Source: an uncultured Bacillota bacterium (GTDB lineage: Bacteria > Bacillota_I > Bacilli_A > RF39 > UBA660). Taken from it: DNA of 64,000 bases. The stretch lies in assembly GCA_946611635.1 (NCBI GenBank), contig CAMODW010000001.1, forward strand, positions 10,829-74,828, written 5' to 3'. The notes beneath the pieces are model-generated. The model ran no database searches. It had not been told where the DNA came from and saw only the letters and a list, made by a program, of their open reading frames with translations. Within the stretch, counting starts at the first letter, position 1. Each line of letters starts with the position of its first letter. Both the position numbers and the translations under genes were made by a program. Below, piece by piece: positions 27,925-36,662 of the stretch.

Positions 27925-28836
27925 ATGAAGAAGAGATTTTATATTAGTATTTTTATCATTTTATCATTGACGGTAGTTGTTTTGTCAGCTACTTATTCTA
28001 AGAATTCTGGAACTAGTGAATATACTTCTATTAGTAAGGAAGTAGATAATATGAAGGTTACTTTTGAAAATGGCGAGTTATTGTCTATTGATAAGGTAAA
28101 TAAATTAAATGTAGATGAATTGAAAGGAAGTAATATTAGTATAGTTAATAAAAATAAAACTAGTACTAATGCTTTAATTGATATTAATTATAATGGTGAT
28201 GCAGAAGTATATTATTCTATAGATGGAGCACCTATTAAACTAATTGATGAAAACGCAAAAGAGGTTGTTAATTTGAAACCTTTTGGAGAAGTTGGAGATC
28301 AAATACTTATTAATGTTAAAGTATTTAGTAAGAAAGATATTAATGATAGAGTTGCAATTAGAGTTAGTAGTATTCAAGAAGATGGGCTAAAGTATACAAT
28401 GGTAAATAGTAATCAAGTGTATAAAGATGGTGAAGGTAATTATATTTATTATGGTAAGCCTAATAACTATATAAAATATAATGATAGTGTCTATCGTATA
28501 ATTGGTTTAATTAATAATAAGTTTAAATTGGTTAGATTTAATGAAAGTTTAGAGGAATATAATGAGAATAATAACTATATTACTATAAGAGATTTTTTAA
28601 GAACTTTTAACAATAGAGAAGTTGATGAATCTAATATGGATTTATTTGATACTTGGCTAAAGGAATATAATAATTATTGGTTTAGTGATGGTGATGTATT
28701 TTTAGATAATACTATAAATATAGAAAAGTTAGGGAACCATATTAGTAATGAAGTATTAGAGTTGGGGGACTATGTATTACTAAGTAATGGGGATGGAACT
28801 ATTAATAATCCTTATGAGGTGAAGTATGGAAGTTAA
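27925..28836 (+). CDS. Membrane-anchored or secreted hypothetical protein (first gene of the pilin-like cluster)
   Basis: GGTGAT SD 3 nt before the ATG. N-terminal hydrophobic segment FYISIFIILSLTVVVLSA. The rest looks beta-rich. C-terminus is ...GDGTINNPYEVKYGS. Confidence 0.5.
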   Translation: MKKRFYISIFIILSLTVVVLSATYSKNSGTSEYTSISKEVDNMKVTFENGELLSIDKVNKLNVDELKGSNISIVNKNKTSTNALIDINYNGDAEVYYSIDGAPIKLIDENAKEVVNLKPFGEVGDQILINVKVFSKKDINDRVAIRVSSIQEDGLKYTMVNSNQVYKDGEGNYIYYGKPNNYIKYNDSVYRIIGLINNKFKLVRFNESLEEYNENNNYITIRDFLRTFNNREVDESNMDLFDTWLKEYNNYWFSDGDVFLDNTINIEKLGNHISNEVLELGDYVLLSNGDGTINNPYEVKYGS

Positions 28837-29332
28837 TAAGGTTTTAAAAAGAGAAATAATATGTGAATTATTAGCGTTATTGTTATTTGTTGGAGCTTGC
28901 GCATATGCTTTGTTTTCTCTAGGTTCAAGACAAAATGGAGGGATAGCAAGTTATAATGATGTTGTTACTATTTTAGATGATAAAAAGTTTGGTGGTATGC
29001 AAATAGCAAGTGATGGTAAGGCTTTATGTGATAGTGGAATTACTTATACTGTAACTAATAATCAAAAGAGTATTATTAATTATGAAATAGTAATATATCC
29101 TAATATTCATAATGAGGAGATTCTTAAGCATATTAGGGTTTCTTTAGATGATATTTATATAAATGACTTATCTTCTTTGGATAGAAGTCAAGGTGGGTAT
29201 GTTTTGGGTATGAAAACTTTAAACTCAGGATATACAAAGATTCATTCGATTAAATATTGGTTTAAATTAGATTCAGATAAAGAATTATTAAAAGAGAAGG
29301 TAAAATTCAACTATAAGATTGAACTAGTATAG
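28826..29332 (+). CDS. Membrane-anchored hypothetical protein (second gene of the pilin-like cluster)
   Basis: GAGGTGA SD. 11-nt overlap with the upstream gene. N-terminal TM segment ICELLALLLFVGACAYALF. Confidence 0.5.
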   Translation: MEVNKVLKREIICELLALLLFVGACAYALFSLGSRQNGGIASYNDVVTILDDKKFGGMQIASDGKALCDSGITYTVTNNQKSIINYEIVIYPNIHNEEILKHIRVSLDDIYINDLSSLDRSQGGYVLGMKTLNSGYTKIHSIKYWFKLDSDKELLKEKVKFNYKIELV

Positions 29333-29346
29333 AAAGGAATAGTACT

Positions 29347-30045
29347 ATGAAAAAGATGCTAAATTCTAAAGGTATGACAATTATTGAGATTATATTAGCA
29401 ATAGGTTTAGTATCTATTGTCATGGTTCAAGTTTTGAATTTGTTAGTTGATTTAAAGAGCGAGCAAGTTCTTGGGGAAAGTAAGACTAATGATTTATCTA
29501 ATAGATCTTTGATAATGCAGAAGGTTGAAAATGACTTTTTGAGTAAAACTATTACATCTATTAATGATTGCCCTTCTTTAAGCAATAAAATAGCTGATAG
29601 GGATGTATATAGTATGAAATCGTGTGTTAAGTTAGTTTATGATGGAAAAAATTCTAAACCTTATTTTTTGATTACTGCTAGAAATACTATTAATGGTAAT
29701 GATTATTTTATATATGGTTATGGTAAAAGAAGTTCGGCTACAACTCCTGAAGTTTATGAAGCTTGGAAACTTGAAAGTGGTAGATATCCTGGTAATGGTA
29801 GTGCTAGTGCTTGTCAATTTCAAATTTTATCATATGATTGTAAAGGTGCAGGTAATGTAGATGTTTGTAATAGTAGATATTTTGTTTTAAAATATCCGGT
29901 AATTTTATCTAAAAATACTTCTAAGACAATTATGAATTTTGATTTGGAATTTGCTTATTATTTCAGAAATACTGTTACGGCTCCAGCAGGTTTTTATAAT
30001 CATACAGGTTTTTGGAGTAAACATACAACTTCTTGTAGAACATGA
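29347..30045 (+). CDS. Protein with a prepilin-type (class III) N-terminal cleavage/methylation signal; type IV pilin or pseudopilin-like
   Basis: MKKMLNSKG|MTIIEIILAIGLVSIVMVQV: short basic leader, Gly at -1, Glu at +5, then a hydrophobic helix. Confidence 0.65.
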   Translation: MKKMLNSKGMTIIEIILAIGLVSIVMVQVLNLLVDLKSEQVLGESKTNDLSNRSLIMQKVENDFLSKTITSINDCPSLSNKIADRDVYSMKSCVKLVYDGKNSKPYFLITARNTINGNDYFIYGYGKRSSATTPEVYEAWKLESGRYPGNGSASACQFQILSYDCKGAGNVDVCNSRYFVLKYPVILSKNTSKTIMNFDLEFAYYFRNTVTAPAGFYNHTGFWSKHTTSCRT

Positions 30046-30059
30046 TTTTTGGTGATTAG

Positions 30060-31058
30060 ATGAAAAAGAAAATAGTAGAACATTTAAAAGATTTCTTATT
30101 TGTTTTTTTTGTTTTATTTATTGCATTTGGTAAACTGCCTTATAATGTTGAAATGCCTGGCGGTATTATTAATTTGACTGAGAGAGTTAAAATTGATGGC
30201 CAGAAGATTCCTTTAAAAGGCAGCTTTAATATGGCTTATGTATCGGTTGTTCAAGGTAGTATTCCGTATATATTGTATGGATTGATTTCTAATGATGCTG
30301 ATGTAGTTAAAACTCAGGATAGTTTACTTGAAAACGAAACAGTAGAAGAGGCTAATAGAAGGAATAAATTATTTTTAGAACAAAGTAAAAATGCAGCAGT
30401 ACTAGCTGCTCTTAAAGAAGCTGAAATAGAATATGAAATAAAAAATAGAAAAACTAATGTTTTGTATATATATAAAGATGCTAAAACTACCTTAGAAGTC
30501 GGAGATAATATTATTGAATGTAATGATAATAAGGTTGATTCTATTCAAGATATCGTAAAAGCAATAGATAGTATGAAGATTGGGGATACTATTAGTTTTA
30601 AAGTAGTAAGGTTTGGTAAGGTTAAGAAAGCTACTGCTAAAATTATTGATGTAAAAGGGCAAAAGAAAATAAATGTTGTTTCTTTGACTACTTTTGATAT
30701 AGATTCTCTTAGGAGTGTGGAGTTAGATTCTTTTGCTACTGAATCCGGATCTTCTGGAGGATTAATGATGAGTTTAATGGTGTATAGTGGTCTAACTAAT
30801 AGAGACTATACATTAGGTAAAAAGGTTGCTGGTACTGGTACTATTGATGAAAATGGTAAAGTCGGAGAAATATCAGGAATTAAGTATAAAATTATTGGAG
30901 CAGTACGTAATAAGGTTGACATTTTTTTTGTTCCAAGCGATAATTATAAGGAAGCTTTGCAAGTAAAAAAAGAAAATGATTATGATTTAAAAATAGTTAA
31001 AGTAGATTCTCTTAGGGAAGCGATTAATTATTTGGAAGGAGTAAGAAATGAAAAGTAA
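30060..31058 (+). CDS. YlbL/SepM-like membrane protease (PDZ plus Lon-type S16 domain)
   Basis: N-terminal TM helix, a PDZ-like middle region (GDNIIECNDNKVDSIQDIVKAI), Ser motif ESGSSGGLMMSL and Lys motif GTGTIDENGKVGEISGIKYKIIGA. Confidence 0.75.
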   Translation: MKKKIVEHLKDFLFVFFVLFIAFGKLPYNVEMPGGIINLTERVKIDGQKIPLKGSFNMAYVSVVQGSIPYILYGLISNDADVVKTQDSLLENETVEEANRRNKLFLEQSKNAAVLAALKEAEIEYEIKNRKTNVLYIYKDAKTTLEVGDNIIECNDNKVDSIQDIVKAIDSMKIGDTISFKVVRFGKVKKATAKIIDVKGQKKINVVSLTTFDIDSLRSVELDSFATESGSSGGLMMSLMVYSGLTNRDYTLGKKVAGTGTIDENGKVGEISGIKYKIIGAVRNKVDIFFVPSDNYKEALQVKKENDYDLKIVKVDSLREAINYLEGVRNEK

Positions 31059-31680
31059 TTATTATGATAAGGATGTTCTTTCGTACATAGATAATTCGAT
31101 AATACTACATCCGCTTTTTGAACAATGGTATGAAATAGTAGAAGAAATTCTTTTAAATGATGAGTTTCAAAAAAGAAAAATATTTCCTCATCATCATAAA
31201 TTAAGTGTGTGGGATCATTCTATTTTGGTTTCTTTTCGTTCTTTTTTGATGGCGAGAATATTTAATGCTGATATAAGAGTTTGTGCTATAGCAGGTTTAT
31301 TACACGATTTCTATCCATGGTCTTGGGTTTATACTGAAGAATTAGAATTATTAGATGATGGAAAATATTTGGTAGAAGTAAGAACTAAGCATTCTCTTTT
31401 TAAGATGCATGGTTTTACTCATGCGAAAGCAGCTGCAGAAAATTATGTAAAGTATTTTCCTGAACTTGAAAATCCAAAGATTACAAATGCTATTAAGAGA
31501 CATATGTTTCCTTTAAATATTATTCCACCTCGTTATAAAGAAGGTTTTATAGTTACTACAATAGATAAAATAAATAGTGTTCATGAATTACCTAGCCCTT
31601 CTGTTATACCTGGTAAGATAAAGGAAAGTTTTAATAAAGGTGCTATTGTTCAATTTTTTAAGAAAGATAGGGTTAAATAA
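31048..31680 (+). CDS. HD-domain phosphohydrolase
   Basis: HHHKLSVWDHS ... GLLHDFY. 11-nt overlap with the upstream gene. Confidence 0.65.
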   Translation: MKSNYYDKDVLSYIDNSIILHPLFEQWYEIVEEILLNDEFQKRKIFPHHHKLSVWDHSILVSFRSFLMARIFNADIRVCAIAGLLHDFYPWSWVYTEELELLDDGKYLVEVRTKHSLFKMHGFTHAKAAAENYVKYFPELENPKITNAIKRHMFPLNIIPPRYKEGFIVTTIDKINSVHELPSPSVIPGKIKESFNKGAIVQFFKKDRVK

Positions 31681-31703
31681 ATGTAAATTTATAATGATAG
31701 TGT

Positions 31704-31732
31704 TTGTTATATTAATAAATATTAGTTATAAT
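31704..31732 (+). promoter_or_regulatory. Candidate sigma-A promoter for the 26-codon ORF
   Basis: TTGTTA (31704-31709), 17-nt spacer, TATAAT (31727-31732). Confidence 0.5.
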
Positions 31733-31758
31733 AATCTTATATGTTGAGGAGCGATATA

Positions 31759-31839
31759 ATGAATATAGATACTAAAAGTAGATATGCGTTAATAGTTTTT
31801 TTACTACTTATTGCAACAATAATTTTTATTACTATTTAA
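31759..31839 (+). CDS. Small hydrophobic peptide, 26 aa (MNIDTKSRYALIVFLLLIATIIFITI)
   Basis: Absent from the ORF track because it is too short. GAGGAG SD at 31746-31751, 7 nt before the ATG. It has its own promoter and terminator. One predicted TM helix. Confidence 0.5.
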   Translation: MNIDTKSRYALIVFLLLIATIIFITI

Positions 31840-31841
31840 TG

Positions 31842-31867
31842 TATACTAGATTTAGTATATTTTTTTT
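31842..31867 (+). terminator. Rho-independent terminator after the small ORF
   Basis: tatacta / tagtata, loop gatt, T8 run at 31860-31867. Confidence 0.7.
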
Positions 31868-31912
31868 GGCTTAAAATCTATCTACAAATGGTAGTACTTT
31901 TTATTTTATTTG

Positions 31913-31921
31913 TGGTATTAT
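31913..31921 (+). promoter_or_regulatory. Extended -10 element (TGgTATTAT) upstream of mutS
   Basis: TGTGGTATTAT. The same 11-mer occurs upstream of the tRNA pair at 48900 and upstream of pflB at 59717. Confidence 0.45.
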
Positions 31922-31938
31922 AGATAACGTGATGAATT

Positions 31939-34473
31939 ATGAAAAGAGAAGAAGTTGATAGAGATAAATTAAGTCCTGGCATGAAGCAATATATGCAAAT
32001 AAAGGATAATTATAAAGAAGAATTGTTATTTTTTAGACTTGGAGATTTTTATGAATTATTTTTTGAGGATGGTATTATAGCAAGTAGGGAATTAGAACTT
32101 ACTTTGACAAGTAAAAATGCCGGGTTAGATGAAAGGGTTCCAATGTGTGGAGTTCCTTTTCATAGTGTTAAGCCTTATATAGAGAAACTTATTGATAAAG
32201 GTTTTAAAGTCGCAATATGTGAGCAACTTGAAGATCCTAAAAAAGCAAAGGGTATGGTAAAAAGAGGAGTAACTCAAGTAATTAGTAAAGGTACTATTGT
32301 AGATTTTGATATGCTTAATGAACATGATAATAATTATATTGCTAGTTTATTAGATTTTCAGACTTCTTATATTTTAACTTATATGGATATTTCGACAGGT
32401 TATTTAGCTTTAATTGATATTCCTAAAGATAAATTACTTAGTACTATACTTAATTTAGGTATAAAAGAGGTTATATTAAGTGATTCATCAGATAATAATT
32501 TGATAGAACTTTTAAGTAATAATTATGGTATTGAAGTAGATATAAGTACAGAGTATTTAGAAGGAGAATACTCAGAAGTATATAAAGATATTAAAGATAT
32601 TAAATATGTTACAGGGATAAAACATTTATTTTATTATCTTGTAGTTAAGCAATTAAAGAATTTATCACATATTAATAATGTAGAGATTATTAATTTGGAT
32701 GAATATTTAGAAATGGATATTCATTCTATTAGAAATTTGGAAATTGTTGAAACTTTACGCTTAAAAGATAGAACGTATTCTTTACTTTGGTTTATGGATA
32801 AAACTAAGACAGCAGGTGGATCAAGATTATTAAAAAAACAATTGATGCAACCTTTAAAAGAGATGAAAGCTATAAATAAAAGATATGATATGGTAGATAA
32901 GCTTAGAGAAGATTTTTTAGTAAGAGAAGAGTTGTGTTCTTTATTAGATGAAGTTTATGATTTGGAAAGATTATGTGGTAAAGTCTTTGGTGGCTCTTTA
33001 AATGCGAGAGATGTTTTACAAATAAAGAATAGTCTTAAAGTGTTTCCTGTTATTAATGAAAAGATTAAAGTATTAGGATTTGATTTTAAAATGGTTGATG
33101 AAAACAAGTTGTTTAAATTGTTAGAAGAAGCTATTTATGAAAATCCTCCTATTACTTTAAATGAAGGATATCTTATTAAAGATGGTTATAATAAAGAATT
33201 AGATGAATTAAAAAAGATAAGAAGTGGTGGTAAAGAATTTATTGCTTCTTTAGAAGAAAGTGAAAGAGAAAGAACGGGAATAAAGAATTTAAAGGTTGGT
33301 TATAACAAAGTATTTGGTTATTATATTGAGATTAGTAAAGGACAAGTACAGTTTGTAAAGGAAGAATTTGGTTATGAAAGAAGACAAACGCTAGCTAATG
33401 CGGAAAGATTTGTTTCACCAATTCTTAAAGAAAAAGAAGCTTTAGTATTAAATGCTGAGGAAAAGATAGTTGAAATTGAATATGATTTATTTTGTAAGAT
33501 AAAGGATGAAATTAAGAAAGAAGTATTTAATTTAAAAGCTAATGCTAGTGTTATAAATGAACTTGATGTTTTAGTATCTCTTTCTATAATTGCTGATGAG
33601 TATTCTTTAGTAAGACCTGAACTGGTTCAGGAAAGAAGAATAGAGATTGTTGAAGGAAGACATCCTGTTGTTGAAAGGGTTTCAAAATCAGAATATGTTG
33701 CTAATGATTGTATGATGAGTGAAACTGATAATACTATGCTTATTACAGGTCCTAATATGAGTGGTAAATCTACTTATATGAGACAACTAGCTATTATAAT
33801 AATAATGGCTCAAATGGGGTCTTTTGTCCCTTGTAAGTACTGTAAACTACCTATTTTTGATAAAATATTTACAAGGATAGGTGCTTCTGATGATTTAGTT
33901 TCTGGTGAGAGTACTTTTATGGTAGAAATGCTAGAAGCTAAAAATGCAATTTGTAATGCTACTTCTAATTCTTTAATACTCTTTGATGAACTTGGTAGGG
34001 GTACAGCGACTTATGATGGAATGAGTATTGCTCAAGCTATTTTAGAGTATGTTAATAATCATATAAAATGTAAAACTTTATTTAGTACGCATTATCATGA
34101 ATTAACAGATTTGGCTTATAAAAATACGGGGATAAAGAATATTCATGTTGAAGCGATTGAAAAGGATGGAAAAGTAACTTTTTTACATAAAATAAAAGAT
34201 GGTGCGGTTGATAAAAGTTATGGAATACATGTGGCTAAGTTAGCTGGTCTTCCTAATGATGTTTTATCAAGAGCACAAGAAGTATTAAACTATTATGAAA
34301 AGAAGAGTAAAAATAAAGGGAATAGAGATTTATCTGAGCAAGTTTCTTTTAATTTTGATATTGTTCAAGATAATAAATTATTAGATAGAGTAAAAGGTAT
34401 TGATCCACTTAATACAACACCAATGGAAGCAATTAATATATTGTATGAATTAAAAGAGTTGTCTAAGAAGTAA
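31939..34473 (+). CDS. mutS: DNA mismatch repair protein MutS
   Basis: N-terminal TPGMKQYMQIK..FFRLGDFYELF, Walker A GPNMSGKSTYMRQ, DELGRGT and STHYHEL. Confidence 0.95.
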   Translation: MKREEVDRDKLSPGMKQYMQIKDNYKEELLFFRLGDFYELFFEDGIIASRELELTLTSKNAGLDERVPMCGVPFHSVKPYIEKLIDKGFKVAICEQLEDPKKAKGMVKRGVTQVISKGTIVDFDMLNEHDNNYIASLLDFQTSYILTYMDISTGYLALIDIPKDKLLSTILNLGIKEVILSDSSDNNLIELLSNNYGIEVDISTEYLEGEYSEVYKDIKDIKYVTGIKHLFYYLVVKQLKNLSHINNVEIINLDEYLEMDIHSIRNLEIVETLRLKDRTYSLLWFMDKTKTAGGSRLLKKQLMQPLKEMKAINKRYDMVDKLREDFLVREELCSLLDEVYDLERLCGKVFGGSLNARDVLQIKNSLKVFPVINEKIKVLGFDFKMVDENKLFKLLEEAIYENPPITLNEGYLIKDGYNKELDELKKIRSGGKEFIASLEESERERTGIKNLKVGYNKVFGYYIEISKGQVQFVKEEFGYERRQTLANAERFVSPILKEKEALVLNAEEKIVEIEYDLFCKIKDEIKKEVFNLKANASVINELDVLVSLSIIADEYSLVRPELVQERRIEIVEGRHPVVERVSKSEYVANDCMMSETDNTMLITGPNMSGKSTYMRQLAIIIIMAQMGSFVPCKYCKLPIFDKIFTRIGASDDLVSGESTFMVEMLEAKNAICNATSNSLILFDELGRGTATYDGMSIAQAILEYVNNHIKCKTLFSTHYHELTDLAYKNTGIKNIHVEAIEKDGKVTFLHKIKDGAVDKSYGIHVAKLAGLPNDVLSRAQEVLNYYEKKSKNKGNRDLSEQVSFNFDIVQDNKLLDRVKGIDPLNTTPMEAINILYELKELSKK

Positions 34474-34530
34474 CACTAATAAATTTTGCTTTAAATTGAG
34501 TTTATGTTAATATACGTTCGAGGTGATTTT

Positions 34531-35124
34531 ATGATAAATCATTATAGTAAAGAGGAGAAAGATGCTGTAATAGAATTTTGTATCGAATGTTTAAATGATC
34601 GTTTAACTACTTCTGATGGTAGTATGTGGTATTTTTTTGATACTGATGATATATATATGAAGATGAAATTAAAACAATCAATACTAGAGATGGATACAAG
34701 TGAATTTTTACGTCCAGCTAAAATTGTTGAATTTGATGGTAAAAAAAATCTTAATGATGATTTCAAATTTTATATGATTCGTCAAGCTGTTATGAGAGGA
34801 AATATTGTTCTTTTATTTACTAATTTGTTGGATTATGAGAAATGGTATATTGCTAATCATCCTGATAACAAGTTAAAACATCCTTTGATATCTGGAACTT
34901 TTAATTGGCTTAGAGATGGTCTTTTTAATGAATATGGAGCTAGAATTATTTTTTTACTTTCTCAGGAAGAAAATAAAATTTTTCAACTATGGGGATTAGA
35001 TTTTTATTCTCAAAATAATCTTGACAAAGATTTAGACTATTTATTAAAAGTTAGAAAAGATTGGTTCATTTTTACTGAGAGCGAGAAAAAACAAATGGGT
35101 ACTAATAATGGATTTAGTATATAA
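34531..35124 (+). CDS. Hypothetical cytoplasmic protein
   Basis: GGTGAT SD 4 nt before ATG 34531. No motif recognised. Confidence 0.5.
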   Translation: MINHYSKEEKDAVIEFCIECLNDRLTTSDGSMWYFFDTDDIYMKMKLKQSILEMDTSEFLRPAKIVEFDGKKNLNDDFKFYMIRQAVMRGNIVLLFTNLLDYEKWYIANHPDNKLKHPLISGTFNWLRDGLFNEYGARIIFLLSQEENKIFQLWGLDFYSQNNLDKDLDYLLKVRKDWFIFTESEKKQMGTNNGFSI

Positions 35125-35220
35125 AAATTATTATAACAATATAAGATAATGCAACATATATATTTTAGTATAAACTGTTTTTATTCATTTTTTTGGTTAT
35201 ATAATAATCTTAGAAAGTTA

Positions 35221-35745
35221 GTGATATTTTTGTATAGAGAAGAATATTTTTATGGTTTAAGTGACATACTTGAATTTAATGTTAGAGCTTCCTTTTTACA
35301 TGATCGGATTACAAGTGAAGAAAGAGGTATTTTAAAAATATTTAAAAGAGATAAAGAGGTAATAGTAATAGAATTTTTTCAAGGAAAAGATGAAATAATT
35401 AAAGATACGAGAAAAAATAAAAATGAAGACATTACTAATTTTGATTTAGTGTTTTTAAAATCTATAGAAAGATATACTAGTGATTATGAATATCCTGGTA
35501 TGATATATGAATATGTAGAGGGGATTGGTTCTTGGTATAGAGTTAAAATAGAAGGATATAATCCTTCGGATAAAAGACTTAAACCGTTTTATTTAAAAAA
35601 GAGAATTAATAAAAAAGATTTAACAAAGTATGTAAATAATAGAGAAGATTTATTATATGTTGAGAAGTTTTTTGATATGATTGGGAACTTGAAATTTAAT
35701 AAAACCAAAGATGTTATTAAATTTTTTGATAATATTATTAATTAA
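35221..35745 (+). CDS. Hypothetical protein (start uncertain)
   Basis: The track's 35149 start reads through a TTATATAAT promoter-like box. The first plausible start is GTG 35221. No motif recognised. Confidence 0.4.
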   Translation: MIFLYREEYFYGLSDILEFNVRASFLHDRITSEERGILKIFKRDKEVIVIEFFQGKDEIIKDTRKNKNEDITNFDLVFLKSIERYTSDYEYPGMIYEYVEGIGSWYRVKIEGYNPSDKRLKPFYLKKRINKKDLTKYVNNREDLLYVEKFFDMIGNLKFNKTKDVIKFFDNIIN

Positions 35746-35760
35746 ATTTAATAAGTAAAT

Positions 35761-35790
35761 AAGAAAGATTGTTCCTTTCTTTTTTCTTTT
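35761..35790 (+). terminator. Rho-independent terminator
   Basis: aagaaag / ctttctt, 7-nt loop, T-rich tail. Confidence 0.6.
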
Positions 35791-35800
35791 GTGTTATAAT
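35790..35800 (+). promoter_or_regulatory. Extended -10 element TGTGTTATAAT upstream of nusB
   Basis: TGtTATAAT lies 28 nt upstream of ATG 35828. It is translated as the spurious 'MCYN' start of track ORF 35789. Confidence 0.5.
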
Positions 35801-35827
35801 TCTTCTAGTGATTTGGAAGTGAACATT

Positions 35828-36229
35828 ATGGGAAAGACAAGAAGTGAATTAAGAGAAAAAGCTATGATTATTCTTTATCAAATAGATATTATGAAAGAAC
35901 AAAAAATTGAATATAATATTGAAGAGTTAATTAAAGATAATCTAGAGATAGATAATGAATTTGTTAGAGATTTGGTATATGGTGTTATTACTCATGAAGA
36001 AGAAATAGATGAATTAGCTAATAAATATATGAGAAATTGGACTATAGATAGAATTGATAAGACTGGAGCACAAATTCTTAGAATTGGTATTTTTGAACTT
36101 TTATATGAGAAAGATACTCCTAATATAGTGGCAATTAATGAAGCAATAGAACTTTCTAAAAAATATAGTGATGATAAAGTAAGAAAGATGATTAATGCTG
36201 TACTTGATAAGATTAATAATAATAATTAA
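35828..36229 (+). CDS. nusB: Transcription antitermination factor NusB
   Basis: RSELREKAMIILYQIDI ... W.IDRIDKTGAQILRIGIFELLY ... INEAIELSKKY. Confidence 0.88.
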   Translation: MGKTRSELREKAMIILYQIDIMKEQKIEYNIEELIKDNLEIDNEFVRDLVYGVITHEEEIDELANKYMRNWTIDRIDKTGAQILRIGIFELLYEKDTPNIVAINEAIELSKKYSDDKVRKMINAVLDKINNNN

Positions 36230-36283
36230 TGGCTTTTAAGCTGTTTTTTAATTATATATAGTTATTTATAATAGAGGTATAAT

Positions 36284-36538
36284 ATGGAAGAGAAAATAGA
36301 TTTATATAGGGATTTGGAAACAGAAAGATTATTATTAAGAAAAATAACTGTTGAAGATGCTGAAGAATTGTATAAAAATGTTTATAGTAATGTAGATTCT
36401 ATTGCATTAGTAGAAGCAGTTGGTATGTCTTATGAATATACTAGAAAAGATGGTTATAAACTCGATGATGATTATTATGATCAAAGAGTTTATACATTAA
36501 TAAAAAAAGAAGAAAAAAAGAGTGTTAATGATGGTTAA
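36284..36538 (+). pseudogene. Internally deleted GNAT (RimJ/RimL-type) acetyltransferase relic, 84 codons
   Basis: The N-terminus LETERLLLRKITVEDAEELYKNV and the C-terminus VGMSYEYTRKDGYKLDDDYYDQRVYTLIKKE match the two ends of ~180-aa RimJ-like GNATs. The acetyl-CoA-binding core between them is missing. Confidence 0.5.
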
Positions 36539-36560
36539 AAAGGAACAATAGTTCCTTTTT
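36538..36560 (+). terminator. Hairpin terminator
   Basis: aaaaggaac / gttcctttt, loop aata. The U-tract lies largely within the stem. Confidence 0.5.
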
Positions 36561-36627
36561 ATATGTATTTATTTTTTTGCTATAAGTCTAATTTTAGACT
36601 AAATATAGATAATAAAGTGATTTAAAA

Positions 36628-36638
36628 TGTGTTATAAT
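36628..36638 (+). promoter_or_regulatory. Extended -10 element TGTGTTATAAT upstream of xseA
   Basis: Same 11-mer as at 35790, 42298 and 48052. Lies 25 nt upstream of ATG 36663. Confidence 0.5.
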
Positions 36639-36662
36639 TATTAGTAGGTATTTGGTGATTAT

